Shown: positions 45,214-56,443 of the stretch, one piece after another
Layout of the letters: each line of letters starts with the position of its first letter
How positions within the stretch are numbered: position 1 is the stretch's first letter
Origin: an uncultured Nitrososphaeraceae archaeon
GTDB taxonomy: Archaea > Thermoproteota > Nitrososphaeria > Nitrososphaerales > Nitrososphaeraceae
Direction of reading: 5' to 3'
NCBI GenBank assembly: GCA_963729045.1
Contig: CAVSMN010000018.1
Span: 64,001 to 128,000, forward strand
DNA length: 64,000 nt
Notes under the pieces: model-generated
What the model saw: only the letters and a program-made list of their open reading frames with translations
What the model was told of the DNA's origin: nothing
The model's database searches: none
Position numbers and translations under genes: made by a program

Positions 45214-45513
45214 ATGGTTAAAGTAGGGCTTTATGTTAAATTGGAAGCAAAACTAGGCAAAGAAGATGAAGTAGAACAGTTCCTCAAAGATGGATTACCA
45301 ATAGTTCAGGAAGAGCCAGATACTGTGGCATGGTTTGCAATTCGCCTAGGACCATCCACTTTTGGAATATTTGATGTTTTTCCAGACGAATCTGGTCGAC
45401 AAGCTCATCTTTCAGGACAAATTGCTGCTGCCCTAATGGAAAAATCTTCGGATCTACTTGCAAGCCCCCCATCTATTGAGAAGATAGATATCATTGCATC
45501 TAAACTTCCATAG
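45214..45513 (+). CDS. Antibiotic biosynthesis monooxygenase (ABM) family protein
   Basis: LEAK.GKEDEVEQFL..EEP.TVAWFA..FGIFD.F.DE.GRQAHL. Confidence 0.88.
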   Translation: MVKVGLYVKLEAKLGKEDEVEQFLKDGLPIVQEEPDTVAWFAIRLGPSTFGIFDVFPDESGRQAHLSGQIAAALMEKSSDLLASPPSIEKIDIIASKLP

Positions 45514-45617
45514 CTGGATCGCTTCTGGATCCAGTTGGGAACCTGTAGGAGAACACTTATTAAAATATCTATTGTTGACTCATTTTTTTAGATGCGGTCT
45601 CGATAATGTAATTTGAT

Positions 45618-45651
45618 TAGAACCTCAATTCGGTCATGCAACGCAGTTCTC
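45618..45651 (+). repeat. 5' fragment of the dispersed repeat
   Basis: TAGAACCTCAATTCGGTCATGCAACGCAGTTCTC; TAGAACC is the reverse complement of the 3' end GGTTCTA. Confidence 0.45.
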
Positions 45652-45950
45652 TTATGAATTAGCAATTCACGGATGGGCCGGTTTTCTTTCTTTTTCTTCT
45701 TCCATAATTACAGTTACGACAATTACTTTCTTAATTTGATCTAATCTGATATAAAATATGCCCTAAGCCGATCAAATCAAATTGCAAATGCAAAACAAAT
45801 TGAATTTGATGATGAATATAAGAATATTTAACATTCACATTATCCGGATTAGGTCATTTTTATGTAATATATTTTCTCTTACTGATTTTCCCTGTACCTT
45901 ACGATTTAACTTTAAATCCTACATAAGGGAATATATAAAGATCATAAAAT

Positions 45951-46952
45951 ATGCGAAAAGGTATTATCTATTGCTCCATGCTTATTTTCTTTTCAATTTC
46001 CTGTATGATTTTTGTAATTTGTGCAGATGCACAATCGCCAACTAACAATAGTAAGGACATCAGTGGTATTTACTTGTCAGACAAGCAGACTATTTATCAT
46101 GTTAAACAAACAAATAATACAGTTTGGATATTAGGGACTGATGCTCCAAATGTTGAGTCCAGCACCATTGCAAACATTTTTAGTGGAACGTTAGAAAATA
46201 ACATTAGCAAGATAACTGGAAAATGGATAGATTCTCCATTATCAAATAATACTAACAGTGGGAATGTTGATTTTAATATTTTGATGAACGACTCAAATAA
46301 TAATATAACTTTAACTAAAATTCCATCAACATCAGGATCAAGCAACGTTTATCCGGCAACTATATTGGCCAAATATGATCCCATTCTTCATGGTCCATTA
46401 ACAATTTATGTGTCAATGGAAAATTTATTGATCAATGAAGCACGTGCTCCTACTTCCGATATTTTATACGTTGGTATAAGCGGTCAAAAGAATAATGACA
46501 ATCCTTTGACCGCAACTAAATACTTGGGAGCTAGAGGAGATGGTGCAAACATAACAACAAACCTAAGAATTGGTCCATTTACATTTAATAATGAAAACGA
46601 TTCCCTTAAAGTAGAAATTTTGGGACTAAATAAGGCAGACAGTACAACATCATTTACATTAATCAACCTTAGAGATACTCTTATTCAACTAATGGAACCA
46701 TCATACAATATTTCTGATCTGGTTCAGGCGACAAACGTCATTAGGTCCTTATCTCCAGGATTAATTCCAGGAGGATGCAACGGTTTGGTATTCATAGATG
46801 AGATACCTCTGTCATCTGAATTTTTAAGAAATTCAACTGCCCTTAACGGAGAACACATTATAGAAAAAACTTATCCTGGAACCACAAGTCCACCCGGATG
46901 TGGACCACCTTCACAGTATATCGTTAAACTATCCATAACTACTCATAGATAA
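45951..46952 (+). CDS. Secreted hypothetical protein
   Basis: Signal peptide, Asn/Ser-rich, C-terminal GC..GCG. Confidence 0.75.
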   Translation: MRKGIIYCSMLIFFSISCMIFVICADAQSPTNNSKDISGIYLSDKQTIYHVKQTNNTVWILGTDAPNVESSTIANIFSGTLENNISKITGKWIDSPLSNNTNSGNVDFNILMNDSNNNITLTKIPSTSGSSNVYPATILAKYDPILHGPLTIYVSMENLLINEARAPTSDILYVGISGQKNNDNPLTATKYLGARGDGANITTNLRIGPFTFNNENDSLKVEILGLNKADSTTSFTLINLRDTLIQLMEPSYNISDLVQATNVIRSLSPGLIPGGCNGLVFIDEIPLSSEFLRNSTALNGEHIIEKTYPGTTSPPGCGPPSQYIVKLSITTHR

Positions 46953-46959
46953 TTCTACA

Positions 46960-47005
46960 AGTTCTCATCCATGAGGATTAAGTTCCCTGTGGTAGCAGGG
47001 TTCTT
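46960..47005 (+). repeat. Dispersed double-hairpin repeat, copy 7 (best preserved)
   Basis: AGTTCTCATCCATGAGGATTAAGTTCCCTGTGGTAGCAGGGTTCTT, starting 8 nt after a stop codon. Confidence 0.85.
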
Positions 47006-48034
47006 ATGTTTTATATTGTGATTAATTATTTAGTGATTAACAAGAAGCAGAATGGTTTATTCTTGATACTCTTTGTTATCATTGGATTATATTCAGTACA
47101 TTTACTAGGTGAATTTTCAAGTGCAAAAGGAAGTGTAACTGGCGGTAATCAAGATAAAGTCTTTGTGATGTACGCTGGATCTCTTGTAAAGATATTTGAA
47201 GATGTACTTGGACCTGCATTTCAAAGCGAATCTGGATATCCATACGTCGGGGAAGGGAAGGGGTCTGTTCAAGTTTCAAATTTGATTAAGGATGGATTTA
47301 GAACACCAGATGTATTTGTTAGTGCTGGAACGGTACCAATGACAAGGCTAATGAATACTACTCCTCCCCTAGTAGATTGGCTTTTAAAGTTTGGATCAGC
47401 CGAAATTGTGATTGCTTACTCGCCCAATAGTCCACACTTTGGTGATTTAGAAAAAGCAAGAATGGGTGAAATTCCATGGTATGAAGTTGTTTCTCAGGAT
47501 GGTTTCAAATTTGGTAGAACAGATCCTGAGTTGGATCCAAAAGGATACTATGGAATTATTACCGCTGAATTAGCAAATTCCTATTACAATGATTCATCTA
47601 TCAAGAATAGAATATTTGGAGAGGATAGAAATCCCAAACAGATATTTCCCGAAGAAACGCTTAAGACAGTGTTAGAAACGGGTTCATTGGATGCAGTCAT
47701 AGCATACAAACATGAGGCCATATCAAGAGATCTTCCCTACATCACTTTACCCAACGAGATCAATCTTGGTGATCCCACATATTCTGATTTTTACAAACAT
47801 GCAAATTACACTTTGCAAGCTGATCAAAAAACAATTTACGGGGAACCAGTTGACTTTTCAATCACTATTCCAAAGACTGTTAAGAATATGGACGGTGCAA
47901 TCTCGTTTGTAAATTTTGTAATTTCCAAAAATGGTTCACAGTTACTAGAAAGTCAGGGACTTAATCCGATCAACATAACATCTGAAGGAAATACCGATGA
48001 TATTCCTTTGTCTATAAAAGAGGCAATTTCGTAG
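47006..48034 (+). CDS. Molybdate/tungstate-binding protein (WtpA/ModA-like)
   Basis: YAGSL, GSV, PDVFVSA, GRTDPELDPKGY, LPNEINLG. Confidence 0.85.
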   Translation: MFYIVINYLVINKKQNGLFLILFVIIGLYSVHLLGEFSSAKGSVTGGNQDKVFVMYAGSLVKIFEDVLGPAFQSESGYPYVGEGKGSVQVSNLIKDGFRTPDVFVSAGTVPMTRLMNTTPPLVDWLLKFGSAEIVIAYSPNSPHFGDLEKARMGEIPWYEVVSQDGFKFGRTDPELDPKGYYGIITAELANSYYNDSSIKNRIFGEDRNPKQIFPEETLKTVLETGSLDAVIAYKHEAISRDLPYITLPNEINLGDPTYSDFYKHANYTLQADQKTIYGEPVDFSITIPKTVKNMDGAISFVNFVISKNGSQLLESQGLNPINITSEGNTDDIPLSIKEAIS

Positions 48035-48067
48035 GAATGCAGTCTTATCCCTTGTTGAGCAAATTTG

Positions 48068-48126
48068 TATGACCGGGTAGCTGTCCTCATCCGTGGGGAA
48101 TAAGTCCCTAGTGGTATTATGGTTAT
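48068..48126 (+). repeat. Dispersed double-hairpin repeat, copy 8
   Basis: TATGACCGGGTAGCTGTCCTCATCCGTGGGGAATAAGTCCCTAGTGGTATTATGGTTAT. Confidence 0.75.
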
Positions 48127-48193
48127 GTTTTAATGCAATTTAATATCAAATCTTATCCACCCTTATTCACTATTAACACGGAATGATGGCCTA

Positions 48194-48217
48194 ATTCTCA
48201 TTCTAGAGAATGAGAAT
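48194..48217. promoter_or_regulatory. Perfect 11-2-11 palindrome upstream of the cupredoxin-like gene
   Basis: ATTCTCATTCT-AG-AGAATGAGAAT followed by TATA-like TTTTATGTA (48221). Confidence 0.65.
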
Positions 48218-48251
48218 AGCTTTTATGTAACTTCAAACTCCCTTTTTATTA

Positions 48252-49072
48252 ATGGATAATAAAAATAATTTATCGAATATACATCTACTTTTAGCTATTG
48301 CTGGTATGTTGGTTTTATCCGGACCCATCTCGTATGTTTTCTCCAATAATGTATTTGCGCAAACAAATTCTACTGATAGTGTTGATGTACAGCCAAATAT
48401 TAATGCAGAAAGCATTTTTAACACCAAAACAATGACGTTAGGCAATAATGTAAAAAATCTTGTTATCCTCATTCCTAATGAAGGTCACCATGCTGCTGGT
48501 GAAGACAATGAAGCCAGATTTTTGGATCAACACTTTGTACCAGAAAATGCTGTAATTAGCACTGGAACTACCGTACAATGGTTTAACGGTGATGCAGGTC
48601 ACGAACGTACAATAGACGTGAAGGACATTGACGGTAGCACTACATTTTTTAACACTGGAGAGATAGTTGATAGTCAAGCATCAAATCCATATTACATTTA
48701 GTAATCCAGGTGTGTATAATTATGAAGCAGAAGGTGACCCAGGTGTAACAATGACTGGTTCTGTAACAGTAGGTAATATCCAATCATCAGTAACGCCGTC
48801 TAGCACAGCCATATCCACAAGTTCAAACTCTAGCAATATTGATACGGTGGGAATTTTGATGGTACCAACGCAAAATATTGATGACTACATCCAACAGATA
48901 ACAGGTGCAGGGATTACTGTTGACAATACATACGACTTTAAAGACTTGAGAGGTGGACAAGAAGGAACAGGTGATACACAAACATTAATTGTATGGACCA
49001 CAGGTGGTAAAGATTTAGGTGAAACACTTTCATTCTTAAGTGGGCTTATCCTCTGAATTACCATATAGTTAA
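48252..49072 (+). pseudogene. Secreted cupredoxin-fold-like protein with two +1 frameshifts (near 48690 and 49043)
   Basis: FVPENAVI..GTTVQWFNGD..H; ITFSNPGVYNY..MTGSVTV; restored C-terminus LSSELPYS*. Confidence 0.75.
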
Positions 49073-49158
49073 TAATTAACTATTTTTTATCAGGTACTTT
49101 TGATACCTCGGATTATTTGACAATTTACAAAATCATAATATGCCAATCTGGTCAAGTC

Positions 49159-49197
49159 GTCATGATTGGGATTAAGTTCCAAGTGGTACAGGGTTAG
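49159..49197 (+). repeat. Dispersed repeat, copy 9 (internal deletion)
   Basis: GTCATGATTGGGATTAAGTTCCAAGTGGTACAGGGTTAG. Confidence 0.7.
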
Positions 49198-49700
49198 GAT
49201 TGTTCTAATCATCCAGTTTGAAAGACAAAGATATCCCATAATGATTAGTACATACACCAACATGTTTAATAACAAAATCCTAGTTGAGAAGTATTAAAGG
49301 CATCAGTATGATGCGGCGCCGTCAACACCATGATTAGTTTTCAAGTCTCATGCTTTTGTGCCTATGACCAATGGAACAAGTAGTTGCGAAGCTATTGCAT
49401 TTGACGATAGACACTTATCACATGAATGTAGCCCTCAATACTATTTCCCTAGGACATTGTAAGAAATTCGTAACTAAAGTTAATAAACGATATACCTAAT
49501 TCATTAGAGAATTATGAAATAATCATTTATTCAATTATTCAAGAATATTTCATCTTTTTTGACAATAATGATACTTAGATTAGAGTTTAGACCAAACTCA
49601 TCGATTTGGCTAAATAATGAATAACAAATAGATCGATGTTAACAAGTTAATAAAGTATGAGCGAAACTTATGCTATCAAATTAATAGTTGCCAAGACCAT

Positions 49701-49725
49701 GGTCCTCATCTGTGCGGATTAGTTC
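49701..49725 (+). repeat. Dispersed repeat, copy 10 (first hairpin only)
   Basis: GGTCCTCATCTGTGCGGATTAGTTC. Confidence 0.6.
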
Positions 49726-50195
49726 TCAATAAACCTTGTGGAATTTAATCTGAAATCCAAAAGTTAAAGATTGTTAATCAGAATCAAAAATTATTTTATT
49801 AGATGTGAATCAATCTGCTTTTGTTGAGAAAGAATCAGAGCCATAATAAAGGCGAAATGTCTGGAATGACAGGAATCTGAATTCTCGCCTAAATAAAATG
49901 TCAGGAATAACCTTATGTCATGCTTTTTCTTAAATCATGTTATAATTTGAAATCCGCAATAGAAAGAGAAAATGTCCGACCTTTCATTCTCTTTTCAAAA
50001 TCAATGGATAACAAAACAACCCGAGAAGATTACACTTTTTGAATTTTCTACATGATCTGTCATTAATAATGATAAAGAGTGATTCTAATAATAGTTGAGT
50101 TGAATAGTTATTGTTGCCCAAATGGTCTTGCCTGACTTATAAAACTCTGAGCCTATGCAAAGGCCATTGAGAAAGTCTTTATTGAAATTGTCTCT

Positions 50196-51323
50196 TTACT
50201 TGTTATCTTTGTATAGGTCCTTCAAAACTTCTACCATGTAATGTTTCATCTCATTATAAGAATCTTCCAGCTCTTGTGTTCTCCTTTTTACTTCTCTTCT
50301 TAGAATAATATTCCATCGTCTGAGTAAAATTACTAAGATAGTAACAGCAATAATACTGGCAACAATAGATAAAGAAACGATTCCTGTTCTTTGTTCGGAA
50401 AGAGCATTGTCAATCTTTGAATATATTTCTGACGTGGGAGTCACTATTTGAATAAAAAATGAAGATTGATTGTTTATATATGCAGGATACTGAGTGGTTA
50501 ATCTTTCACCACGACCATAATCATAAACTGCGAAACCTGATTTGCCGTTTAATAAATTCCGAGTCGCATCGTTCAAGATTTTATTGTGATTGATAAATTC
50601 TTGTGTATAATTGCCAAAAAAGTTTTGTCCCACAAGCGTCTCGCTTGCGCCATTAGCTAGCATGAAACCGTTTTTATCGTATACTACCAAAAACTTCGAA
50701 CTAATATCTTGAATATTTCCATAGTGTGCAAAAAATGGTATTGTAGGTATCGATGTTACAATCATCCCCATATATTGACCCGTATCTTGATTCAGGATCG
50801 GATAAGATATGAATTCTCTGAGTATCTGTTGTCTCTCAAAATCGCCATTAGAGAAGACGGGCAAGTGGCCACTTGTTGTCTGCTTTACCCAGTCTCTAAA
50901 TGAGAAATCTTCGCCGAGAACAAATTCTGATGGTTGGGTAGATATAGTATTTACCATAACATTGTTCTTGTCCAAAATAAACAGGCTATCTATCGTAAGA
51001 TTGTGTTTATTATAAGCGTCATCCAAAAGCTTTGTAGTTTTGTCGTCTCCCAATTCTCCTAGCTGTATATAGTGCGAATTTGTTAAACCATAGAGCATTG
51101 ACATAACTAAGTTGATATCTGAGCCTATATGTCGAGCAATATCATTTGTAGCTTGTATCTGAAGCTCTTTTTGTTGTTCAAATACAGTCTTTTTTAGGTC
51201 CGCAGCAGTCATATTTTGGATATAAAATAATAAGCCATTTGAGCATAAGATAATTGAAATAAGTGAGATGATACCTATCTCTCTTTCTTTTCCCAAAAAT
51301 ATATCCATAATAAGTACCTGCAA
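50196..51323 (-). CDS. Two-TM Cache-domain sensor with no kinase or other output domain
   Basis: TM - IDSLFILDKN..DFSFRDW..ISYPI..VYDKNG - TM - short coiled coil EVKRRTQEL. Confidence 0.8.
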   Translation of the reverse strand: MQVLIMDIFLGKEREIGIISLISIILCSNGLLFYIQNMTAADLKKTVFEQQKELQIQATNDIARHIGSDINLVMSMLYGLTNSHYIQLGELGDDKTTKLLDDAYNKHNLTIDSLFILDKNNVMVNTISTQPSEFVLGEDFSFRDWVKQTTSGHLPVFSNGDFERQQILREFISYPILNQDTGQYMGMIVTSIPTIPFFAHYGNIQDISSKFLVVYDKNGFMLANGASETLVGQNFFGNYTQEFINHNKILNDATRNLLNGKSGFAVYDYGRGERLTTQYPAYINNQSSFFIQIVTPTSEIYSKIDNALSEQRTGIVSLSIVASIIAVTILVILLRRWNIILRREVKRRTQELEDSYNEMKHYMVEVLKDLYKDNK

Positions 51324-51447
51324 GTAGTTATAGTCGGGTATTAATAATATTATGCAGAGTCCGCCGTGGATGGGCTACTCGTTCATCTATAATCAAAAAT
51401 AATGTGGTCCGCAATAGAATCTATTTATTAGTTATTTGACTGTGATC

Positions 51448-52125
51448 GGCGCTGTTAACTTAGGCGTTTAGCACTTCCTTGTTGTGTATTTTTACAAAAA
51501 GATTCAACCAGTTTTTGACATGATTTAGTTTACACTTCTCTTTACTACATGGAAAGTAATCGTCAAATCCTTCAGTTCGATCCTTGAAATACTGCATTGT
51601 TCTTTCTATCAGGCTTTTCTCTAATGAGGAATGAAAATGGTGTTTTAGTTTTAGGAATCTACAAGCTATTGGGTACCATGTTCCCAATCTGTAGATATAG
51701 AATGTTTTCCATGAATCTTGACCAAACCTGAGAGAAACCTTTCTGCTATTAGCATGTTCCTCTTCTTAGATATGGATAGTGCGAGAATCTGCCTATTTTC
51801 TGGCTCGATTGCTGCCCATAACCAGGTGTATTCAGAGCCGACTTTTATTAATGTCTCATCAATGATGTATTCTGATATTTTTGTTCTTCTTGTTGAAAAC
51901 CTTTCGAGGTTTATACTTTTAAATCCAATTCCAAATTGCAACGTGACTTCTATTGATAACATGTAAAAAGGACAATGCTTTGACAGAATTTCTGAGCGAT
52001 AAACCAAGAAAGTACAAATAAAGACCATGGTAAATATGCTCTGAAGATATTCTCTTTCTTTTACTTAACATAACAGAAATAAAGCATCTTTAAGCTAAAG
52101 ATTTATAGTTAAGTTAACAGGATCC
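51448..52125 (-). mobile_element. IS6-family insertion sequence with inactivated transposase
   Basis: Inverted repeats CTGTTAACTTA (51452) / TAAGTTAACAG (52110) with GG..CC termini; flanking TGTGATc / TGTGATt duplication; IIDETLIKV, LWAAIEP, STD, IERTMQYFKDRTE; nonsense and frameshift lesions; ATG at 52071. Confidence 0.9.
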
Positions 52126-52161
52126 TGTGATTGATTTTCCTTTGTATTCTTTACAATACTT

Positions 52162-53686
52162 TTACCATCCTAGAGCCTTTGCCGACTTTACTGCAGCATC
52201 ATCAAGCGCTTGTTTAGGTTCTTTTATATCATAAAAAACCTCCTCTAATGCTTGTCTTATGTGTTCAGCAATATCTTGATACTCTGGAATATTAGGTCTG
52301 CTTCCTCCAGTAGGAATGATTGAAATCATATCGTCATAAAATGGAATAGATTTTCTTAAGTGATCCGAATAGGAGGTTGCACCTTGCCCCAGTGTTATCT
52401 GTGTTGGTAGAAATCCTTGCTTAGCTAAGCCAAGGAGATAATATTTCTGGCTCTAACAATTGTTCAATTATTTCCCATGCTACATTCTTATTGGAAGAAG
52501 TCACCGGAATGCTAATCACCCATCCACCCATCAATGTAGAGTTCTTAGTTTTATTATCAGGCACTGGAAACATTGGAATAAATCCTATATTGTCAATCTG
52601 TTGTCCTGTTAAATTGGACCATTTACTGGGCATCCAAGATCCTTCAATCATTACTGCAAATTTCCTGTTAGCAAATTCATCTCCAAAGAAATGTTTTTTC
52701 TGTGGTATAATATCTGAATCAACCTGAGTTTTGATAAATTCCATGGCTTTAACCCCTGCTGAACCATTATAAGCTGGAAACCAATACGCACCTTTAGTTG
52801 GGTGGCCACTCTTTTGTTTAATTATTTCTCCTCCAAGCTCCCATAAGTAGGGATACCATAGGTCAGGAGAATGACTAGCCCCTGTGAGGTGAACTCCTTC
52901 CGTTCCCTGCGGTCTTAGTGCTGTATTAAGCTTTTTAGCAGCGTCAATATATCCCTCCCACGTCATTAGCATAGAGGGCTCAATGTTAGCTTGTTTTAAT
53001 AGGTCCTTCCAATACCATATTCCCCTCACGTCAGTTTCATACCAAATACCATAAGGTTTGCCTTTATAGATACCACCAGCCCAGTTTGATTGATACCATT
53101 CAGAGATCCTCCCCCATTTTTCAGTATAATTAGTAAGATCTGTTAATAATCCCTTTCCGGCAAACTCTCCAAGCCATATCTGGTCTAATGATATAATATC
53201 GATATGAGTACCATTTGATATTGTCTTCAACATTTCATCTTTAGTAGCATTATGAGTCAGATCATGAAGTTCGATATACTTTAGATTGATGTCAAGGTCA
53301 GGCTGATTGATTTTTAATTTATTGATAGCATCAACCAATAGTTCCTTCACCATATCTGCTTTGCCCATTTGGTTAAAAAGGGCTGTAATGGTTACATTCT
53401 CTTTTGGTTGAGGAGCCCCAAGAACATAATAAGAGGATGTTTTAAACTGATCCAATTGTAACAGCCCTGCTGTCACAATAATGAAGAGAAAAGTTATAAT
53501 CATCAAGTATTTGATTTTTTTCATTAAGGATGCAGCGTATGTCTTCTCATACAATGACATTCTCTCTCTAAAAATTAGGTAAATTTCTTTGTCTTGTGTA
53601 TTTAATTTATGATCTAGGTTTAGGAATTTATTGAAAAAATTATTGTGAGGATTTTCAAAGGCTGACTCTACCATGAATAGTAACAA
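52162..53686 (-). pseudogene. ABC-type carbohydrate-binding protein, +1 frameshift near 52426
   Basis: DQIWLGEFA.KGLLTDL, FAVMIEGSW, GGW; the other frame continues AKQGFLPTQ..RPNIPEY..EPKQALDDAA..LGW*. Confidence 0.85.
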
Positions 53687-54598
53687 AAATTACAATGCTT
53701 ATAAGGTTTTTTGTTTCATTCAAATTCCGATACAAAATCGAACAGGATATTAATTATATAATAAAGCCTAGAACTCGTTGCTGATTCTTGTGTGTAACCC
53801 GATAGAACTTAATTTGCAGGCAGGCAGGATCAATAGATGTTACAAACAGAATTATGAATGCTTAAAGATGTAGAGTATCTAATGAAGAAAAATCAATGTA
53901 GTTTCCTATCTCTGTATATCACTACAATTGGAAGCCTAATACATATTCTAACAAGTGGAATTGTGAGCTAAGTTGGTATCAGCTAATTAGGGATATATAA
54001 TAAGATAAAAGAAAAAAAATCCTAGTAAATAATAATATATCTAGTCATGGTAAAGTACATGGTAGTTTATACCATTGCAAGCCATTTCATGCTCTTAAAG
54101 TAAGGCATAGATTACTCTTTGGTATTTCTTATATGGAGACAAGAGAAGATATATTTGTAACAATTCAATAGAAATCTAGTTTAACGTACGATTATATCAG
54201 CTGTCTTAATAAGGGTCTATCAAATAGGGTAAAAAGTTTAATCTATTAATATCATAACCCACGGGAATCGGCGGTAAGAAATAATGTTCCATTTGGAGAA
54301 GTCCTTGCATACACCCTCTTTTTTTCTCTGTCAGAGATAAAAAGGAACAATCTTCTTCTCTGATCAATTCTTTCCAACCTCTAACTGAAGATCTGGAAGG
54401 AATGCGATAATATGTAGAATCGACCTCGACAAATTTGAAGAATTTTGAGTATTAGGGTAAATAATCCTTATTATCCATAATTCTTGGTTGCTCAAAAATT
54501 ATATTCGAATATTAATAGAATTCATGAATTCAATATTTTCTTTAATTATTTCAATTTCAATCAATATTTATAAGTTTGATCAATAGTATGATTATTCA

Positions 54599-54993
54599 TT
54601 GAAATTACTGACAATCGATGACAACACCGACATCACTCGCTTATTGGCGGGGTATTGTAAGAGGGATGGAAATTGATTGTAAGGAGGTCAATGATGGTCA
54701 AAAGGGATTGTTTGAGATTCAAAATCGGCATTATGATCTAATATTTTTGGATATTGAAATGCCATTTTACACAGGATTTGATATATTAAGACAATTGAAA
54801 AAACAAGGTGTGCGACATAAATGCATAATAATATTAACTGGATCCAATTTGAAGATAGATGATATCGCTGACTATATAGATGTTGGAGTCAGAGAAATCC
54901 TTAAGAAACCAATAGGATTGGATCAATTTGATAAGGATTGTGAAAAGTTATCTGACGAATGACAAGTGGTCGATTCATCAAGAACACAAATAA
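54599..54993 (+). pseudogene. Single-domain response regulator with two +1 frameshifts
   Basis: TTG 54599 MKLLTIDDNTDI in one frame; IFLDIEMP..ILT..LKKP in the next; DKIVKSYL in a third. Confidence 0.8.
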
Positions 54994-55139
54994 CCTATTT
55001 GGGAGGTTATTCTATATCTTTGTTAACATAAACCATATCATAGCGAGTCGAGCCCACTAACCATCAGTCTCACATGTCATTTTAACGCATTGTATTAGAT
55101 TAAGTCAACCACTGATTACAATTGTGAACTACATCCTGT

Positions 55140-55547
55140 TCAATTGAACATGAATGTGCATAATGATGTCCTACTATATCCCATGGGAATGAATTTATTC
55201 CAATCTTGTATTATTTTGTTAAATCCAATTTGTATTTCAATTTCTGATTCTTTGCTTGACTGACAGATTTGAAAACCTCCATCATTGATACTGTTGTTTT
55301 CGACTTGTACAGATGTAGTCAGTGTGCCATGAACTATCTTGAAATTGTTGAAAATGAGACTGAGAATAATTGGTTCAATTGTTGTTATATTAGATGAATT
55401 GGATGACGCATGATGATATAGTTTGGGGACTGAAAACAATCCATCAAATCGTTGTTTGTCTTCTTTACAGAGCTCTTTTCTAAAATCTATCCATTCTGAT
55501 CTTTCAATGTCTATCAACATTCTGAATGAGGAGACAGAACAATCCAT
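55140..55547 (-). CDS. Small PolB2-associated protein-like (arCOG07300-type), degenerate
   Basis: SVSSFRM....E..EW..FRKEL..EDKQRFD.LF..IEPIILSL; overlaps the stop of the RadA-like gene. Confidence 0.6.
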   Translation of the reverse strand: MDCSVSSFRMLIDIERSEWIDFRKELCKEDKQRFDGLFSVPKLYHHASSNSSNITTIEPIILSLIFNNFKIVHGTLTTSVQVENNSINDGGFQICQSSKESEIEIQIGFNKIIQDWNKFIPMGYSRTSLCTFMFN

Positions 55548-56443
55548 CAGGCTCCACTCAAATTAACTAATCTTGTTGGTGAGAAGCTTAAGCTTTTATC
55601 CCTGTCTAGATGTGCCAATTGTTCGGTATTCACGCTATTTATAGATCTGTTGTTCCGGCATGTTATTTGTTCTATTTTAAAAATCTGTTCGTTCTTATTT
55701 TTATTCTTATCCGTAGAGTACTTTATGTTTATAGCGTTATTGAATTTGAATGCTATAGGATTGTCCTTAATATTTTCACAATCATCGCAAGTTAGAATTA
55801 CGAAATATTTTACTGAAAGACCAATCAAAACGTCAATCATTTCATGGACTATTCTTATATTCACTTGAATAGCATTTCTTGATGTTTCTGAATAACCATT
55901 ATTTTCAAATTTTTTCATTCTGCTTTTTACATTCGAAGAAACCAATGTATCGAACAAGTCCAGTATAATGATCTGTAACTTGTTACCTATTTCTCTCACC
56001 ATCTTGGGAAGTTCATAAATTAACATATTAGCCAATTGGGAAAATGTGAAGGCTCTACTAATGATAATCCCATCAAGGATGCTGTTAATGTCTATTTCTT
56101 TCTTTATTGCTTGATTAACTAAATTGATATAGAAACATCCTAGATTATTACCGCTTCCTGCATCTATTAGAATGGTTCTTTTCTTTTCAACTTTATTATC
56201 TTTATCACTTGTTTTAGATGAATGATAATCAATGCAAATTCTTGCAATAACACGATTTAAAAAATTGCTGCTTTGATGGGATTGATTTTGGATACAAATG
56301 TTTTTCTTATCTGAAAAAGATAAGAGTTTATCAATCTCAGGTACTTCAAATAATTTCCTGTTTATGTCATTAAATTCATCAAAGGCAGTACAAAAATTAT
56401 TATCTACATTGTGATTGTTCTCTCGATAATAGTATGCTCGCAA
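55547..56443 (-). CDS. Degenerate RecA/RadA-like P-loop protein (no intact Walker A seen)
   Basis: TILIDAG.GN, IISRAFTFSQL, IIILD. Confidence 0.6.
   Translation of the reverse strand: MRAYYYRENNHNVDNNFCTAFDEFNDINRKLFEVPEIDKLLSFSDKKNICIQNQSHQSSNFLNRVIARICIDYHSSKTSDKDNKVEKKRTILIDAGSGNNLGCFYINLVNQAIKKEIDINSILDGIIISRAFTFSQLANMLIYELPKMVREIGNKLQIIILDLFDTLVSSNVKSRMKKFENNGYSETSRNAIQVNIRIVHEMIDVLIGLSVKYFVILTCDDCENIKDNPIAFKFNNAINIKYSTDKNKNKNEQIFKIEQITCRNNRSINSVNTEQLAHLDRDKSLSFSPTRLVNLSGA

Noticed and set aside
53769..53831. Possible minus-strand copy of the dispersed repeat
   Set aside because: Only ATTAAGTTC and GTTCTAG match, with wrong spacing; too weak, though it would break the strand polarity if real
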